DNA of 64,000 nucleotides from Auanema rhodensis (taxonomy: Eukaryota; Animalia; Nematoda): NCBI GenBank assembly GCA_964057225.1, contig OZ059900.1:4898001-4962000 (forward strand), in the 5' to 3' direction. The position numbers were made by a program, and so were the translations under genes. How positions within the stretch are numbered: position 1 is the stretch's first letter; each line of letters opens with the position of its first letter. Under the pieces are notes generated by a model. That model was not told the origin of the DNA and made no database searches. It was given only the letters and a program-made list of their open reading frames with translations. This document shows positions 13,701-28,747 of the stretch, in pieces.

Positions 13701-16700
13701 TGCATCAAACCCATTAAGATTGTGTTTCTAGACTAATATAACCATGGGAAATTCATTTAAGTTCACAGTATTCTTTTATCTTTAACGGTATCCGAGTTAC
13801 AAATCAAGATCACTTTCTTTGGATACTTATGTGGTATAGCTACCTGTTCACAAAAAATTGGAAGTCCTGGTTACCATGCATCAAATCCTTTAAGATAGTG
13901 TTTCTTGACTAATATAACCATGGGGACTTCATCAAATTTCACAGTATTCTTCTATCTTTAACGGTATCCGAGTTACAAATCAAGATCACTTTCTTTGGAT
14001 ACTTATGTGGTATAGCTACCTGTTCACAAAAAATTGGAAGTCCTGGTTACCATGCATCAAATCCTTTAAGATAGTGTTTCTTGACTAATATAACCATGGG
14101 GACTTCATCAAATTTCACAGTATTCTTCTATCTTTAACGGTATCCGAGTTACAAATCAAGATCACTTTCTTTGGATACTTAGGTGGTATAGCTACCTGTT
14201 CACAAAAAATTGGAAGTCCTGGTTACCATGCATCAAATCCTTTAAGATAGTGTTTCTAGACTAATATGACCATGGGGACTTCATTAAAATGAACAGTATT
14301 CTTCTATCTTTAACGGTATCCGAGTTACAAATCAAGATCACTTTCTTTGGATACTTAGGTGGTATAGCTACCTGTTCACAAAAAATTGGAAGTCCTGGTT
14401 ACCATGCATCAAACCCATTAAGATTGTGTTTCTAGACTAATATAACCATGGGAAATTCATTTAAGTTCACAGTATTCTTTTATCTTTAACGGTATCCGAG
14501 TTACAAATCAAGATCACTTTCTTTGGATACTTAGGTGGTATAGCTACCTGTTCACAAAAAATTGGAAGTCCTGGTTACCATGCATCAAATCCTTTAAGAT
14601 AGTGTTTCTTGACTAATATAACCATGGGGACTTCATCAAATTTCACAGTATTCTTCTATCTTTAACGGTATCCGAGTTACAAATCAAGATCACTTTCTTT
14701 GGATACTTAGGTGGTATAGCTACCTGTTCACAAAAAATTGGAAGTCCTGGTTACCATGCATCAAACCCATTAAGATTGTGTTTCTAGACTAATATAACCA
14801 TGGGAAATTCATTTAAGTTCACAGTATTCTTTTATCTTTAACGGTATCCGAGTTACAAATCAAGATCACTTTCTTTGGATACTTATGTGGTATAGCTACC
14901 TGTTCACAAAAAATTGGAAGTCCTGGTTACCATGCATCAAATCCTTTAAGATAGTGTTTCTTGACTAATATAACCATGGGGACTTCATCAAATTTCACAG
15001 TATTCTTCTATCTTTAACGGTATCCGAGTTACAAATCAAGATCACTTTCTTTGGATACTTAGGTGGTATAGCTACCTGTTCACAAAAAATTGGAAGTCCT
15101 GGTTACCATGCATCAAATCCTTTAAGATAGTGTTTCTAGACTAATATGACCATGGGGACTTCATTAAAATTAACAGTATTCTTCTATCTTTAACGGTATC
15201 CGAGTTACAAATCAAGATCACTTTCTTTGGATACTTAGGTGGTATAGCTACCTGTTCACAAAAAATTGGAAGTCCTGGTTACCATGCATCAAATCCTTTA
15301 AGATAGTGTTTCTAGACTAATATGACCATGGGGACTTCATTAAAATTAACAGTATTCTTCTATCTTTAACGGTATCCGAGTTACAAATCAAGATCACTTT
15401 CTTTGGATACTTAGGTGGTATAGCTACCTGTTCACAAAAAATTGGAAGTCCTGGTTACCATGCATCAAACCCATTAAGATTGTGTTTCTAGACTAATATA
15501 ACCATGGGAAATTCATTTAAGTTCACAGTATTCTTTTATCTTTAACGGTATCCGAGTTACAAATCAAGATCACTTTCTTTGGATACTTATGTGGTATAGC
15601 TACCTGTTCACAAAAAATTGGAAGTCCTGGTTACCATGCATCAAATCCTTTAAGATAGTGTTTCTAGACTAATATAACCATGGGGACTTTATCAAAGTTC
15701 ACAGTATTCTTCTATCTTTAACGGTATCCGAGTTACAAATCAAGATCACTTTCTTTGGATACTTATGTGGTATAGCTACCTGTTCACAAAAAATTGGAAG
15801 TCCTGGTTACCATGCATCAAACCCATTAAGATTGTGTTTCTAGACTAATATAACCATGGGAAATTCATTTAAGTTCACAGTATTCTTCTATCTTTAACGG
15901 TATCCGAGTTACAAATCAAGATCACTTTCTTTGGATACTTAGGTGGTATAGCTACCTGTTCACAAAAAATTGGAAGTCCTGGTTACCATGCATCAAATCC
16001 TTTAAGATAGTGTTTCTTGACTAATATAACCATGGGGACTTCATCAAATTTCACAGTATTCTTCTATCTTTAACGGTATCCGAGTTACAAATCAAGATCA
16101 CTTTCTTTGGATACTTAGGTGGTATAGCTACCTGTTCACAAAAAATTGGAAGTCCTGGTTACCATGCATCAAACCCATTAAGATTGTGTTTCTAGACTAA
16201 TATAACCATGGGGACTTTATCAAATTTCACAGTATTCTTCTATCTTTAACGGTATCCGAGTTACAAATCAAGATCACTTTCTTTGGATACTTAGGTGGTA
16301 TAGCTACCTGTTCACAAAAAATTGGAAATCCTGGTTACCATGCATCAAACCCATTAAGATTGTGTTTCTAGACTAATATAACCATGGGAAATTCATTTAA
16401 GTTCACAGTATTCTTCTATCTTTAACGGTATCCGAGTTACAAATCAAGATCACTTTCTTTGGATACTTAGGTGGTATAGCTACCTGTTCACAAAAAATTG
16501 GAAGTCCTGGTTACCATGCATCAAACCCATTAAGATTGTGTTTCTAGACTAATATGACCATGAGAAATTCATTTAAGTTCACAGTATTCTTCTATCTTTA
16601 ACGGTATCCGAGTTACAAATCAAGATCACTTTCTTTGGATACTTAGGTGGTATAGCTACCTGTTCACAAAAAATTGGAAGTCCTGGTTACCATGCATCAA

Positions 16701-17740
16701 ACCCATTAAGATTGTGTTTCTAGACTAATATGACCATGGGAAATTTATTTAAGTACACAGTATTCTTCTATCTTTAACGGTATCCGAGTTACAAATCAAG
16801 ATCACTTTCTTTGGATACTTATGTGGTATAGCTACCTGTTCACAAAAAATTGGAAGTCCTGGTTACCATGCATCAAATCCTTTAACATAGTGTTTCTAGA
16901 CTAATATAACCATGGGGACTTTATCAAATTTCACAGTATTCTTCTATCTTTAACGGTATCCGAGTTACAAATCAAGATCACTTTCTTTGGATACTTAGGT
17001 GGTATAGCTACCTGTTCACAAAAAATTGGAAGTCCTGGTTACCATGCATCAAATCCTTTAAGATAGTGTTTCTAGACTAATATAACCATGGGGACTTTAT
17101 CAAATTTCACAGTATTCTTCTATCTTTAACGGTATCCGAGTTACAAATCAAGATCACTTTCTTTGGATACTTAGGTGGTATAGCTACCTGTTCACAAAAA
17201 ATTGGAAGTCCTGGTTACCATGCATCACCATGGGAAATTCATTTAAGTTCACAGTATTCTTCTATCTTTAACGGTATCCGAGTTACAAATCAAGATCACT
17301 TTCTTTGGATACTTAGGTGGTATAGCTACCTGTTCACAAAAAATTGGAAGTCTTGGTTACCATGCATCAAACCCATTAAGATTGTGTTTCTAGACTAATA
17401 TAACCATGGGAAATTCATTTAAGTTCACAGTATTCTTTTATCTTTAACGGTATCCGAGTTACAAATCAAGATCACTTTCTTTGGATACTTATGTGGTATA
17501 GCTACCTGTTCACAAAAAATTGGAAGTCCTGGTTACCATGCATCAAATCCTTTAAGATAGTGTTTCTAGACTAATATAACCATGGGGACTTTATCAAAGT
17601 TCACAGTATTCTTCTATCTTTAACGGTATCCGAGTTACAAATCAAGATCACTTTCTTTGGATACTTATGTGGTATAGCTACCTGTTCACAAAAAATTGGA
17701 AGTCCTGGTTACCATGCATCAAACCCATTAAGATTGTGTT

Positions 17741-20700
17741 TCTAGACTAATATAACCATGGGAAATTCATTTAAGTTCACAGTATTCTTCTATCTTTAAC
17801 GGTATCCGAGTTACAAATCAAGATCACTTTCTTTGGATACTTAGGTGGTATAGCTACCTGTTCACAAAAAATTGGAAGTCCTGGTTACCATGCATCAAAT
17901 CCTTTAAGATAGTGTTTCTTGACTAATATAACCATGGGGACTTTATCAAATTTCACAGTATTCTTCTATCTTTAACGGTATCCGAGTTACAAATCAAGAT
18001 CACTTTCTTTGGATACTTAGGTGGTATAGCTACCTGTTCACAAAAAATTGGAAGTCCTGGTTACCATGCATCAAACCCATTAAGATTGTGTTTCTAGACT
18101 AATATGACCATGAGAAATTCATTTAAGTTCACAGTATTCTTCTATCTTTAACGGTATCCGAGTTACAAATCAAGATCACTTTCTTTGGATACTTAGGTGG
18201 TATAGCTACCTGTTCACAAAAAATTGGAAGTCCTGGTTACCATGCATCAAACCCATTAAGATTGTGTTTCTAGACTAATATGACCATGGGAAATTTATTT
18301 AAGTACACAGTATTCTTCTATCTTTAACGGTATCCGAGTTACAAATCAAGATCACTTTCTTTGGATACTTATGTGGTATAGCTACCTGTTCACAAAAAAT
18401 TGGAAGTCCTGGTTACCATGCATCAAATCCTTTAACATAGTGTTTCTAGACTAATATAACCATGGGAAATTCATTTAAGTTCACAGTATTCTTCTATCTT
18501 TAACGGTATCCGAGTTACAAATCAAGATCACTTTCTTTGGATACTTAGGTGGTATAGCTACCTGTTCACAAAAAATTGGAAGTCCTGGTTACCATGCATC
18601 AAACCCATTAAGATTGTGTTTCTAGACTAATATGACCATGGGAAATTCATTTAAGTTTACAGTATTCTTTTATCTTTAACGGTATCCGAGTTACAAATCA
18701 AGATCACTCTCTTTGGATACTTATGTGGTATAGCTACCTGTTCACAAAAAATTGGAAGTCCTGGTTACCATGCATCAAATCCTTTAAGATAGTGTTTCTA
18801 GACTAATATAACCATGGGGACTTTATCAAATTTCACAGTATTCTTCTATCTTTAACGGTATCCGAGTTACAAATCAAGATCACTTTCTTTGGATACTTAG
18901 GTGGTATAGCTACCTGTTCACAAAAAATTGGAAGTCCTGGTTACCATGCATCAAACCCATTAAGATTGTGTTTCTAGACTAATATGACCATGAGAAATTC
19001 ATTTAAGTTCACAGTATTCTTCTATCTTTAACGGTATCCGAGTTACAAATCAAGATCACTTTCTTTGGATACTTAGGTGGTATAGCTACCTGTTCACAAA
19101 AAATTGGAAGTCCTGGTTACCATGCATCAAACCCATTAAGATTGTGTTTCTAGACTAATATGACCATGGGAAATTTATTTAAGTACACAGTATTCTTCTA
19201 TCTTTAACGGTATCCGAGTTACAAATCAAGATCACTTTCTTTGGATACTTATGTGGTATAGCTACCTGTTCACAAAAAATTGGAAGTCCTGGTTACCATG
19301 CATCAAATCCTTTAACATAGTGTTTCTAGACTAATATAACCATGGGGACTTTATCAAATTTCACAGTATTCTTCTATCTTTAACGGTATCCGAGTTACAA
19401 ATCAAGATCACTTTCTTTGGATACTTAGGTGGTATAGCTACCTGTTCACAAAAAATTGGAAGTCCTGGTTACCATGCATCAAATCCTTTAAGATAGTGTT
19501 TCTAGACTAATATAACCATGGGGACTTTATCAAATTTCACAGTATTCTTCTATCTTTAACGGTATCCGAGTTACAAATCAAGATCACTTTCTTTGGATAC
19601 TTAGGTGGTATAGCTACCTGTTCACAAAAAATTGGAAGTCCTGGTTACCATGCATCACCATGGGAAATTCATTTAAGTTCACAGTATTCTTCTATCTTTA
19701 ACGGTATCCGAGTTACAAATCAAGATCACTTTCTTTGGATACTTAGGTGGTATAGCTACCTGTTCACAAAAAATTGGAAGTCCTGGTTACCATGCATCAA
19801 ACCCATTAAGATTGTGTCTCTAGACTAATATAACCATGGGAAATTCATTTAAGTTCACAGTATTCTTCTATCTTTAACGGTATCCGAGTTACAAATCAAG
19901 ATCACTTTCTTTGGATACTTAGGTGGTATAGCTACCTGTTCACAAAAAATTGGAAGTCCTGGTTACCATGCATCAAACCCATTAAGATTGTGTTTCTAGA
20001 CTAATATAACCATGGGGACTTTATCAAATTTCACAGTATTCTTCTATCTTTAACGGTATCCGAGTTACAAATCAAGATCACTTTCTTTGGATACTTAGGT
20101 GGTATAGCTACCTGTTCACAAAAAATTGGAAGTCCTGGTTACCATGCATCAAACCCATTAAGATTGTGTTTCTAGACTAATATAACCATGGGAAATTCAT
20201 TTAAGTTCACAGTATTCTTTTATCTTTAACGGTATCCGAGTTACAAATCAAGATCACTCTCTTTGGATACTTATGTGGTATAGCTACCTGTTCACAAAAA
20301 ATTGGAAGTCCTGGTTACCATGCATCACATCCTTTAAGATAGTGTTTCTAGACTAATATAACCATGGGGACTTTATCAAATTTCACAGTATTCTTCTATC
20401 TTTAACGGTATCCGAGTTACAAATCAAGATCACTTTCTTTGGATACTTATGTGGTATAGCTACCTGTTCACAAAAAATTGGAAGTCCTGGTTACCATGCA
20501 TCAAATCCTTTAACATAGTGTTTCTAGACTAATATAACCATGGGGACTTTATCAAATTTCACAGTATTCTTCTATCTTTAACGGTATCCGAGTTACAAAT
20601 CAAGATCACTTTCTTTGGATACTTAGGTGGTATAGCTACCTGTTCACAAAAAATTGGAAGTCCTGGTTACCATGCATCAAATCCTTTAAGATAGTGTTTC

Positions 20701-23700
20701 TAGACTAATATAACCATGGGGACTTTATCAAATTTCACAGTATTCTTCTATCTTTAACGGTATCCGAGTTACAAATCAAGATCACTTTCTTTGGATACTT
20801 AGGTGGTATAGCTACCTGTTCACAAAAAATTGGAAGTCCTGGTTACCATGCATCACCATGGGAAATTCATTTAAGTTCACAGTATTCTTCTATCTTTAAC
20901 GGTATCCGAGTTACAAATCAAGATCACTTTCTTTGGATACTTAGGTGGTATAGCTACCTGTTCACAAAAAATTGGAAGTCCTGGTTACCATGCATCAAAC
21001 CCATTAAGATTGTGTCTCTAGACTAATATAACCATGGGAAATTCATTTAAGTTCACAGTATTCTTCTATCTTTAACGGTATCCGAGTTACAAATCAAGAT
21101 CACTTTCTTTGGATACTTAGGTGGTATAGCTACCTGTTCACAAAAAATTGGAAGTCCTGGTTACCATGCATCAAACCCATTAAGATTGTGTCTCTAGACT
21201 AATATAACCATGGGAAATTCATTTAAGTTCACAGTATTCTTCTATCTTTAACGGTATCCGAGTTACAAATCAAGATCACTTTCTTTGGATACTTAGGTGG
21301 TATAGCTACCTGTTCACAAAAAATTGGAAGTCCTGGTTACCATGCATCAAACCCATTAAGATTGTGTTTCTAGACTAATATAACCATGGGGACTTTATCA
21401 AATTTCACAGTATTCTTCTATCTTTAACGGTATCCGAGTTACAAATCAAGATCACTTTCTTTGGATACTTAGGTGGTATAGCTACCTGTTCACAAAAAAT
21501 TGGAAGTCCTGGTTACCATGCATCACATCCTTTAAGATAGTGTTTCTAGACTAATATAACCATGGGGACTTTATCAAATTTCACAGTATTCTTCTATCTT
21601 TAACGGTATCCGAGTTACAAATCAAGATCACTTTCTTTGGATACTTATGTGGTATAGCTACCTGTTCACAAAAAATTGGAAGTCCTGGTTACCATGCATC
21701 AAATCCTTTAACATAGTGTTTCTAGACTAATATAACCATGGGGACTTTATCAAATTTCACAGTATTCTTCTATCTTTAACGGTATCCGAGTTACAAATCA
21801 AGATCACTTTCTTTGGATACTTAGGTGGTATAGCTACCTGTTCACAAAAAATTGGAAGTCCTGGTTACCATGCATCAAATCCTTTAAGATAGTGTTTCTA
21901 GACTAATATAACCATGGGGACTTTATCAAATTTCACAGTATTCTTCTATCTTTAACGGTATCCGAGTTACAAATCAAGATCACTTTCTTTGGATACTTAG
22001 GTGGTATAGCTACCTGTTAACAAAAAATTGGAAGTCCTGGTTACCATGCATCACCATGGGAAATTCATTTAAGTTCACAGTATTCTTCTATCTTTAACGG
22101 TATCCGAGTTACAAATCAAGATCACTTTCTTTGGATACTTAGGTGGTATAGCTACCTGTTCACAAAAAATTGGAAGTCCTGGTTACCATGCATCAAACCC
22201 ATTAAGATTGTGTCTCTAGACTAATATAACCATGGGAAATTCATTTAAGTTCACAGTATTCTTCTATCTTTAACGGTATCCGAGTTACAAATCAAGATCA
22301 CTTTCTTTGGATACTTAGGTGGTATAGCTACCTGTTCACAAAAAATTGGAAGTCCTGGTTACCATGCATCAAACCCATTAAGATTGTGTCTCTAGACTAA
22401 TATAACCATGGGAAATTCATTTAAGTTCACAGTATTCTTCTATCTTTAACGGTATCCGAGTTACAAATCAAGATCACTTTCTTTGGATACTTAGGTGGTA
22501 TAGCTACCTGTTCACAAAAAATTGGAAGTCCTGGTTACCATGCATCAAATCCTTTAAGATAGTGTTTCTTGACTAATATAACCATGGGGATTTTATCAAA
22601 TTTCACAGTATTCTTCTATCTTTAACGGTATCCGAGTTACAAATCAAGATCACTTTCTTTGGATACTTAGGTGGTATAGCTACCTGTTCACAAAAAATTG
22701 GAAGTCCTGGTTACCATGCATCAAACCCATTAAGATTGTGTTTCTAGACTAATATGACCATGAGAAATTCATTTAAGTTCACAGTATTCTTCTATCTTTA
22801 ACGGTATCCGAGTTACAAATCAAGATCACTTTCTTTGGATACTTAGGTGGTATAGCTACCTGTTCACAAAAAATTGGAAGTCCTGGTTACCATGCATCAA
22901 ACCCATTAAGATTGTGTTTCTAGACTAATATGACCATGGGAAATTTATTTAAGTACACAGTATTCTTCTATCTTTAACGGTATCCGAGTTACAAATCAAG
23001 ATCACTTTCTTTGGATACTTATGTGGTATAGCTACCTGTTCACAAAAAATTGGAAGTCCTGGTTACCATGCATCAAATCCTTTAACATAGTGTTTCTAGA
23101 CTAATATAACCATGGGAAATTCATTTAAGTTCACAGTATTCTTCTATCTTTAACGGTATCCGAGTTACAAATCAAGATCACTTTCTTTGGATACTTAGGT
23201 GGTATAGCTACCTGTTCACAAAAAATTGGAAGTCCTGGTTACCATGCATCAAACCCATTAAGATTGTGTTTCTAGACTAATATGACCATGGGAAATTCAT
23301 TTAAGTTTACAGTATTCTTTTATCTTTAACGGTATCCGAGTTACAAATCAAGATCACTCTCTTTGGATACTTATGTGGTATAGCTACCTGTTCACAAAAA
23401 ATTGGAAGTCCTGGTTACCATGCATCAAATCCTTTAAGATAGTGTTTCTAGACTAATATAACCATGGGGACTTTATCAAATTTCACAGTATTCTTCTATC
23501 TTTAACGGTATCCGAGTTACAAATCAAGATCACTTTCTTTGGATACTTAGGTGGTATAGCTACCTGTTCACAAAAAATTGGAAGTCCTGGTTACCATGCA
23601 TCAAACCCATTAAGATTGTGTTTCTAGACTAATATGACCATGAGAAATTCATTTAAGTTCACAGTATTCTTCTATCTTTAACGGTATCCGAGTTACAAAT

Positions 23701-26700
23701 CAAGATCACTTTCTTTGGATACTTAGGTGGTATAGCTACCTGTTCACAAAAAATTGGAAGTCCTGGTTACCATGCATCAAACCCATTAAGATTGTGTTTC
23801 TAGACTAATATGACCATGGGAAATTTATTTAAGTACACAGTATTCTTCTATCTTTAACGGTATCCGAGTTACAAATCAAGATCACTTTCTTTGGATACTT
23901 ATGTGGTATAGCTACCTGTTCACAAAAAATTGGAAGTCCTGGTTACCATGCATCAAATCCTTTAACATAGTGTTTCTAGACTAATATAACCATGGGGACT
24001 TTATCAAATTTCACAGTATTCTTCTATCTTTAACGGTATCCGAGTTACAAATCAAGATCACTTTCTTTGGATACTTAGGTGGTATAGCTACCTGTTCACA
24101 AAAAATTGGAAGTCCTGGTTACCATGCATCAAATCCTTTAAGATAGTGTTTCTAGACTAATATAACCATGGGGACTTTATCAAATTTCACAGTATTCTTC
24201 TATCTTTAACGGTATCCGAGTTACAAATCAAGATCACTTTCTTTGGATACTTAGGTGGTATAGCTACCTGTTCACAAAAAATTGGAAGTCCTGGTTACCA
24301 TGCATCACCATGGGAAATTCATTTAAGTTCACAGTATTCTTCTATCTTTAACGGTATCCGAGTTACAAATCAAGATCACTTTCTTTGGATACTTAGGTGG
24401 TATAGCTACCTGTTCACAAAAAATTGGAAGTCCTGGTTACCATGCATCAAACCCATTAAGATTGTGTCTCTAGACTAATATAACCATGGGAAATTCATTT
24501 AAGTTCACAGTATTCTTCTATCTTTAACGGTATCCGAGTTACAAATCAAGATCACTTTCTTTGGATACTTAGGTGGTATAGCTACCTGTTCACAAAAAAT
24601 TGGAAGTCCTGGTTACCATGCATCAAACCCATTAAGATTGTGTTTCTAGACTAATATAACCATGGGGACTTTATCAAATTTCACAGTATTCTTCTATCTT
24701 TAACGGTATCCGAGTTACAAATCAAGATCACTTTCTTTGGATACTTAGGTGGTATAGCTACCTGTTCACAAAAAATTGGAAGTCCTGGTTACCATGCATC
24801 AAACCCATTAAGATTGTGTTTCTAGACTAATATAACCATGGGAAATTCATTTAAGTTCACAGTATTCTTTTATCTTTAACGGTATCCGAGTTACAAATCA
24901 AGATCACTCTCTTTGGATACTTATGTGGTATAGCTACCTGTTCACAAAAAATTGGAAGTCCTGGTTACCATGCATCACATCCTTTAAGATAGTGTTTCTA
25001 GACTAATATAACCATGGGGACTTTATCAAATTTCACAGTATTCTTCTATCTTTAACGGTATCCGAGTTACAAATCAAGATCACTTTCTTTGGATACTTAT
25101 GTGGTATAGCTACCTGTTCACAAAAAATTGGAAGTCCTGGTTACCATGCATCAAATCCTTTAACATAGTGTTTCTAGACTAATATAACCATGGGGACTTT
25201 ATCAAATTTCACAGTATTCTTCTATCTTTAACGGTATCCGAGTTACAAATCAAGATCACTTTCTTTGGATACTTAGGTGGTATAGCTACCTGTTCACAAA
25301 AAATTGGAAGTCCTGGTTACCATGCATCAAATCCTTTAAGATAGTGTTTCTAGACTAATATAACCATGGGGACTTTATCAAATTTCACAGTATTCTTCTA
25401 TCTTTAACGGTATCCGAGTTACAAATCAAGATCACTTTCTTTGGATACTTAGGTGGTATAGCTACCTGTTCACAAAAAATTGGAAGTCCTGGTTACCATG
25501 CATCACCATGGGAAATTCATTTAAGTTCACAGTATTCTTCTATCTTTAACGGTATCCGAGTTACAAATCAAGATCACTTTCTTTGGATACTTAGGTGGTA
25601 TAGCTACCTGTTCACAAAAAATTGGAAGTCCTGGTTACCATGCATCAAACCCATTAAGATTGTGTCTCTAGACTAATATAACCATGGGAAATTCATTTAA
25701 GTTCACAGTATTCTTCTATCTTTAACGGTATCCGAGTTACAAATCAAGATCACTTTCTTTGGATACTTAGGTGGTATAGCTACCTGTTCACAAAAAATTG
25801 GAAGTCCTGGTTACCATGCATCAAACCCATTAAGATTGTGTCTCTAGACTAATATAACCATGGGAAATTCATTTAAGTTCACAGTATTCTTCTATCTTTA
25901 ACGGTATCCGAGTTACAAATCAAGATCACTTTCTTTGGATACTTAGGTGGTATAGCTACCTGTTCACAAAAAATTGGAAGTCCTGGTTACCATGCATCAA
26001 ACCCATTAAGATTGTGTTTCTAGACTAATATAACCATGGGGACTTTATCAAATTTCACAGTATTCTTCTATCTTTAACGGTATCCGAGTTACAAATCAAG
26101 ATCACTTTCTTTGGATACTTAGGTGGTATAGCTACCTGTTCACAAAAAATTGGAAGTCCTGGTTACCATGCATCACATCCTTTAAGATAGTGTTTCTAGA
26201 CTAATATAACCATGGGGACTTTATCAAATTTCACAGTATTCTTCTATCTTTAACGGTATCCGAGTTACAAATCAAGATCACTTTCTTTGGATACTTATGT
26301 GGTATAGCTACCTGTTCACAAAAAATTGGAAGTCCTGGTTACCATGCATCAAATCCTTTAACATAGTGTTTCTAGACTAATATAACCATGGGGACTTTAT
26401 CAAATTTCACAGTATTCTTCTATCTTTAACGGTATCCGAGTTACAAATCAAGATCACTTTCTTTGGATACTTAGGTGGTATAGCTACCTGTTCACAAAAA
26501 ATTGGAAGTCCTGGTTACCATGCATCAAATCCTTTAAGATAGTGTTTCTAGACTAATATAACCATGGGGACTTTATCAAATTTCACAGTATTCTTCTATC
26601 TTTAACGGTATCCGAGTTACAAATCAAGATCACTTTCTTTGGATACTTAGGTGGTATAGCTACCTGTTAACAAAAAATTGGAAGTCCTGGTTACCATGCA

Positions 26701-27197
26701 TCACCATGGGAAATTCATTTAAGTTCACAGTATTCTTCTATCTTTAACGGTATCCGAGTTACAAATCAAGATCACTTTCTTTGGATACTTAGGTGGTATA
26801 GCTACCTGTTCACAAAAAATTGGAAGTCCTGGTTACCATGCATCAAACCCATTAAGATTGTGTCTCTAGACTAATATAACCATGGGAAATTCATTTAAGT
26901 TCACAGTATTCTTCTATCTTTAACGGTATCCGAGTTACAAATCAAGATCACTTTCTTTGGATACTTAGGTGGTATAGCTACCTGTTCACAAAAAATTGGA
27001 AGTCCTGGTTACCATGCATCAAACCCATTAAGATTGTGTCTCTAGACTAATATAACCATGGGAAATTCATTTAAGTTCACAGTATTCTTCTATCTTTAAC
27101 GGTATCCGAGTTACAAATCAAGATCACTTTCTTTGGATACTTAGGTGGTATAGCTACCTGTTCACAAAAAATTGGAAGTCCTGGTTACCATGCATCA
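17741..27197. repeat. Tandem duplication of a 4650-bp unit (27 monomers including three 142-bp deleted monomers)
   Basis: Deletion junctions 19657/20855/22053 recur at 24307/25505/26703 (all +4650 = 27x176-3x34). TACCTGTTAA lies at 22011 and 26661. AGTGTTTCTT lies at 17911 and 22561. Confidence 0.88.
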
Positions 27198-28747
27198 CAT
27201 CCTTTAAGATAGTGTTTCTAGACTAATATAACCATGGGGACTTTATCAAATTTCACAGTATTCTTCTATCTTTAACGGTATCCGAGTTACAAATCAAGAT
27301 CACTTTCTTTGGATACTTATGTGGTATAGCTACCTGTTCACAAAAAATTGGAAGTCCTGGTTACCATGCATCAAATCCTTTAAGATAGTGTTTCTAGACT
27401 AATATAACCATGGGGACTTTATCAAATTTCACAGTATTCTTCTATCTTTAACGGTATCCGAGTTACAAATCAAGATCACTTTCTTTGGATACTTAGGTGG
27501 TATAGCTACCTGTTAACAAAAAATTGGAAGTCCTGGTTACCATGCATCACCATGGGAAATTCATTTAAGTTCACAGTATTCTTCTATCTTTAACGGTATC
27601 CGAGTTACAAATCAAGATCACTTTCTTTGGATACTTAGGTGGTATAGCTACCTGTTCACAAAAAATTGGAAGTCCTGGTTACCATGCATCAAACCCATTA
27701 AGATTGTGTCTCTAGACTAATATAACCATGGGAAATTCATTTAAGTTCACAGTATTCTTCTATCTTTAACGGTATCCGAGTTACAAATCAAGATCACTTT
27801 CTTTGGATACTTAGGTGGTATAGCTACCTGTTCACAAAAAATTGGAAGTCCTGGTTACCATGCATCAAACCCATTAAGATTGTGTCTCTAGACTAATATA
27901 ACCATGGGAAATTCATTTAAGTTCACAGTATTCTTCTATCTTTAACGGTATCCGAGTTACAAATCAAGATCACTTTCTTTGGATACTTAGGTGGTATAGC
28001 TACCTGTTCACAAAAAATTGGAAGTCCTGGTTACCATGCATCAAACCCATTAAGATTGTGTTTCTAGACTAATATAACCATGGGGACTTTATCAAATTTC
28101 ACAGTATTCTTCTATCTTTAACGGTATCCGAGTTACAAATCAAGATCACTTTCTTTGGATACTTAGGTGGTATAGCTACCTGTTCACAAAAAATTGGAAG
28201 TCCTGGTTACCATGCATCACATCCTTTAAGATAGTGTTTCTAGACTAATATAACCATGGGGACTTTATCAAATTTCACAGTATTCTTCTATCTTTAACGG
28301 TATCCGAGTTACAAATCAAGATCACTTTCTTTGGATACTTATGTGGTATAGCTACCTGTTCACAAAAAATTGGAAGTCCTGGTTACCATGCATCAAATCC
28401 TTTAACATAGTGTTTCTAGACTAATATAACCATGGGGACTTTATCAAATTTCACAGTATTCTTCTATCTTTAACGGTATCCGAGTTACAAATCAAGATCA
28501 CTTTCTTTGGATACTTAGGTGGTATAGCTACCTGTTCACAAAAAATTGGAAGTCCTGGTTACCATGCATCAAATCCTTTAAGATAGTGTTTCTAGACTAA
28601 TATAACCATGGGGACTTTATCAAATTTCACAGTATTCTTCTATCTTTAACGGTATCCGAGTTACAAATCAAGATCACTTTCTTTGGATACTTAGGTGGTA
28701 TAGCTACCTGTTCACAAAAAATTGGAAGTCCTGGTTACCATGCATCA
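19657..28747. repeat. 1198-bp 7-mer higher-order repeat (6x176 + 1x142), with 13-mer and 5-mer interruptions
   Basis: Spacing of successive 34-bp deletion junctions from 19657: 1198, 1198, 2254, 1198, 1198, 846, 1198. Confidence 0.85.

Noticed and set aside
17215-17235. 34-bp deletion as recombination between the two ACCATG repeats
   Set aside because: That would delete 44 bp and leave one ACCATG. Both copies are retained, and junction microhomology is only about 1 bp.
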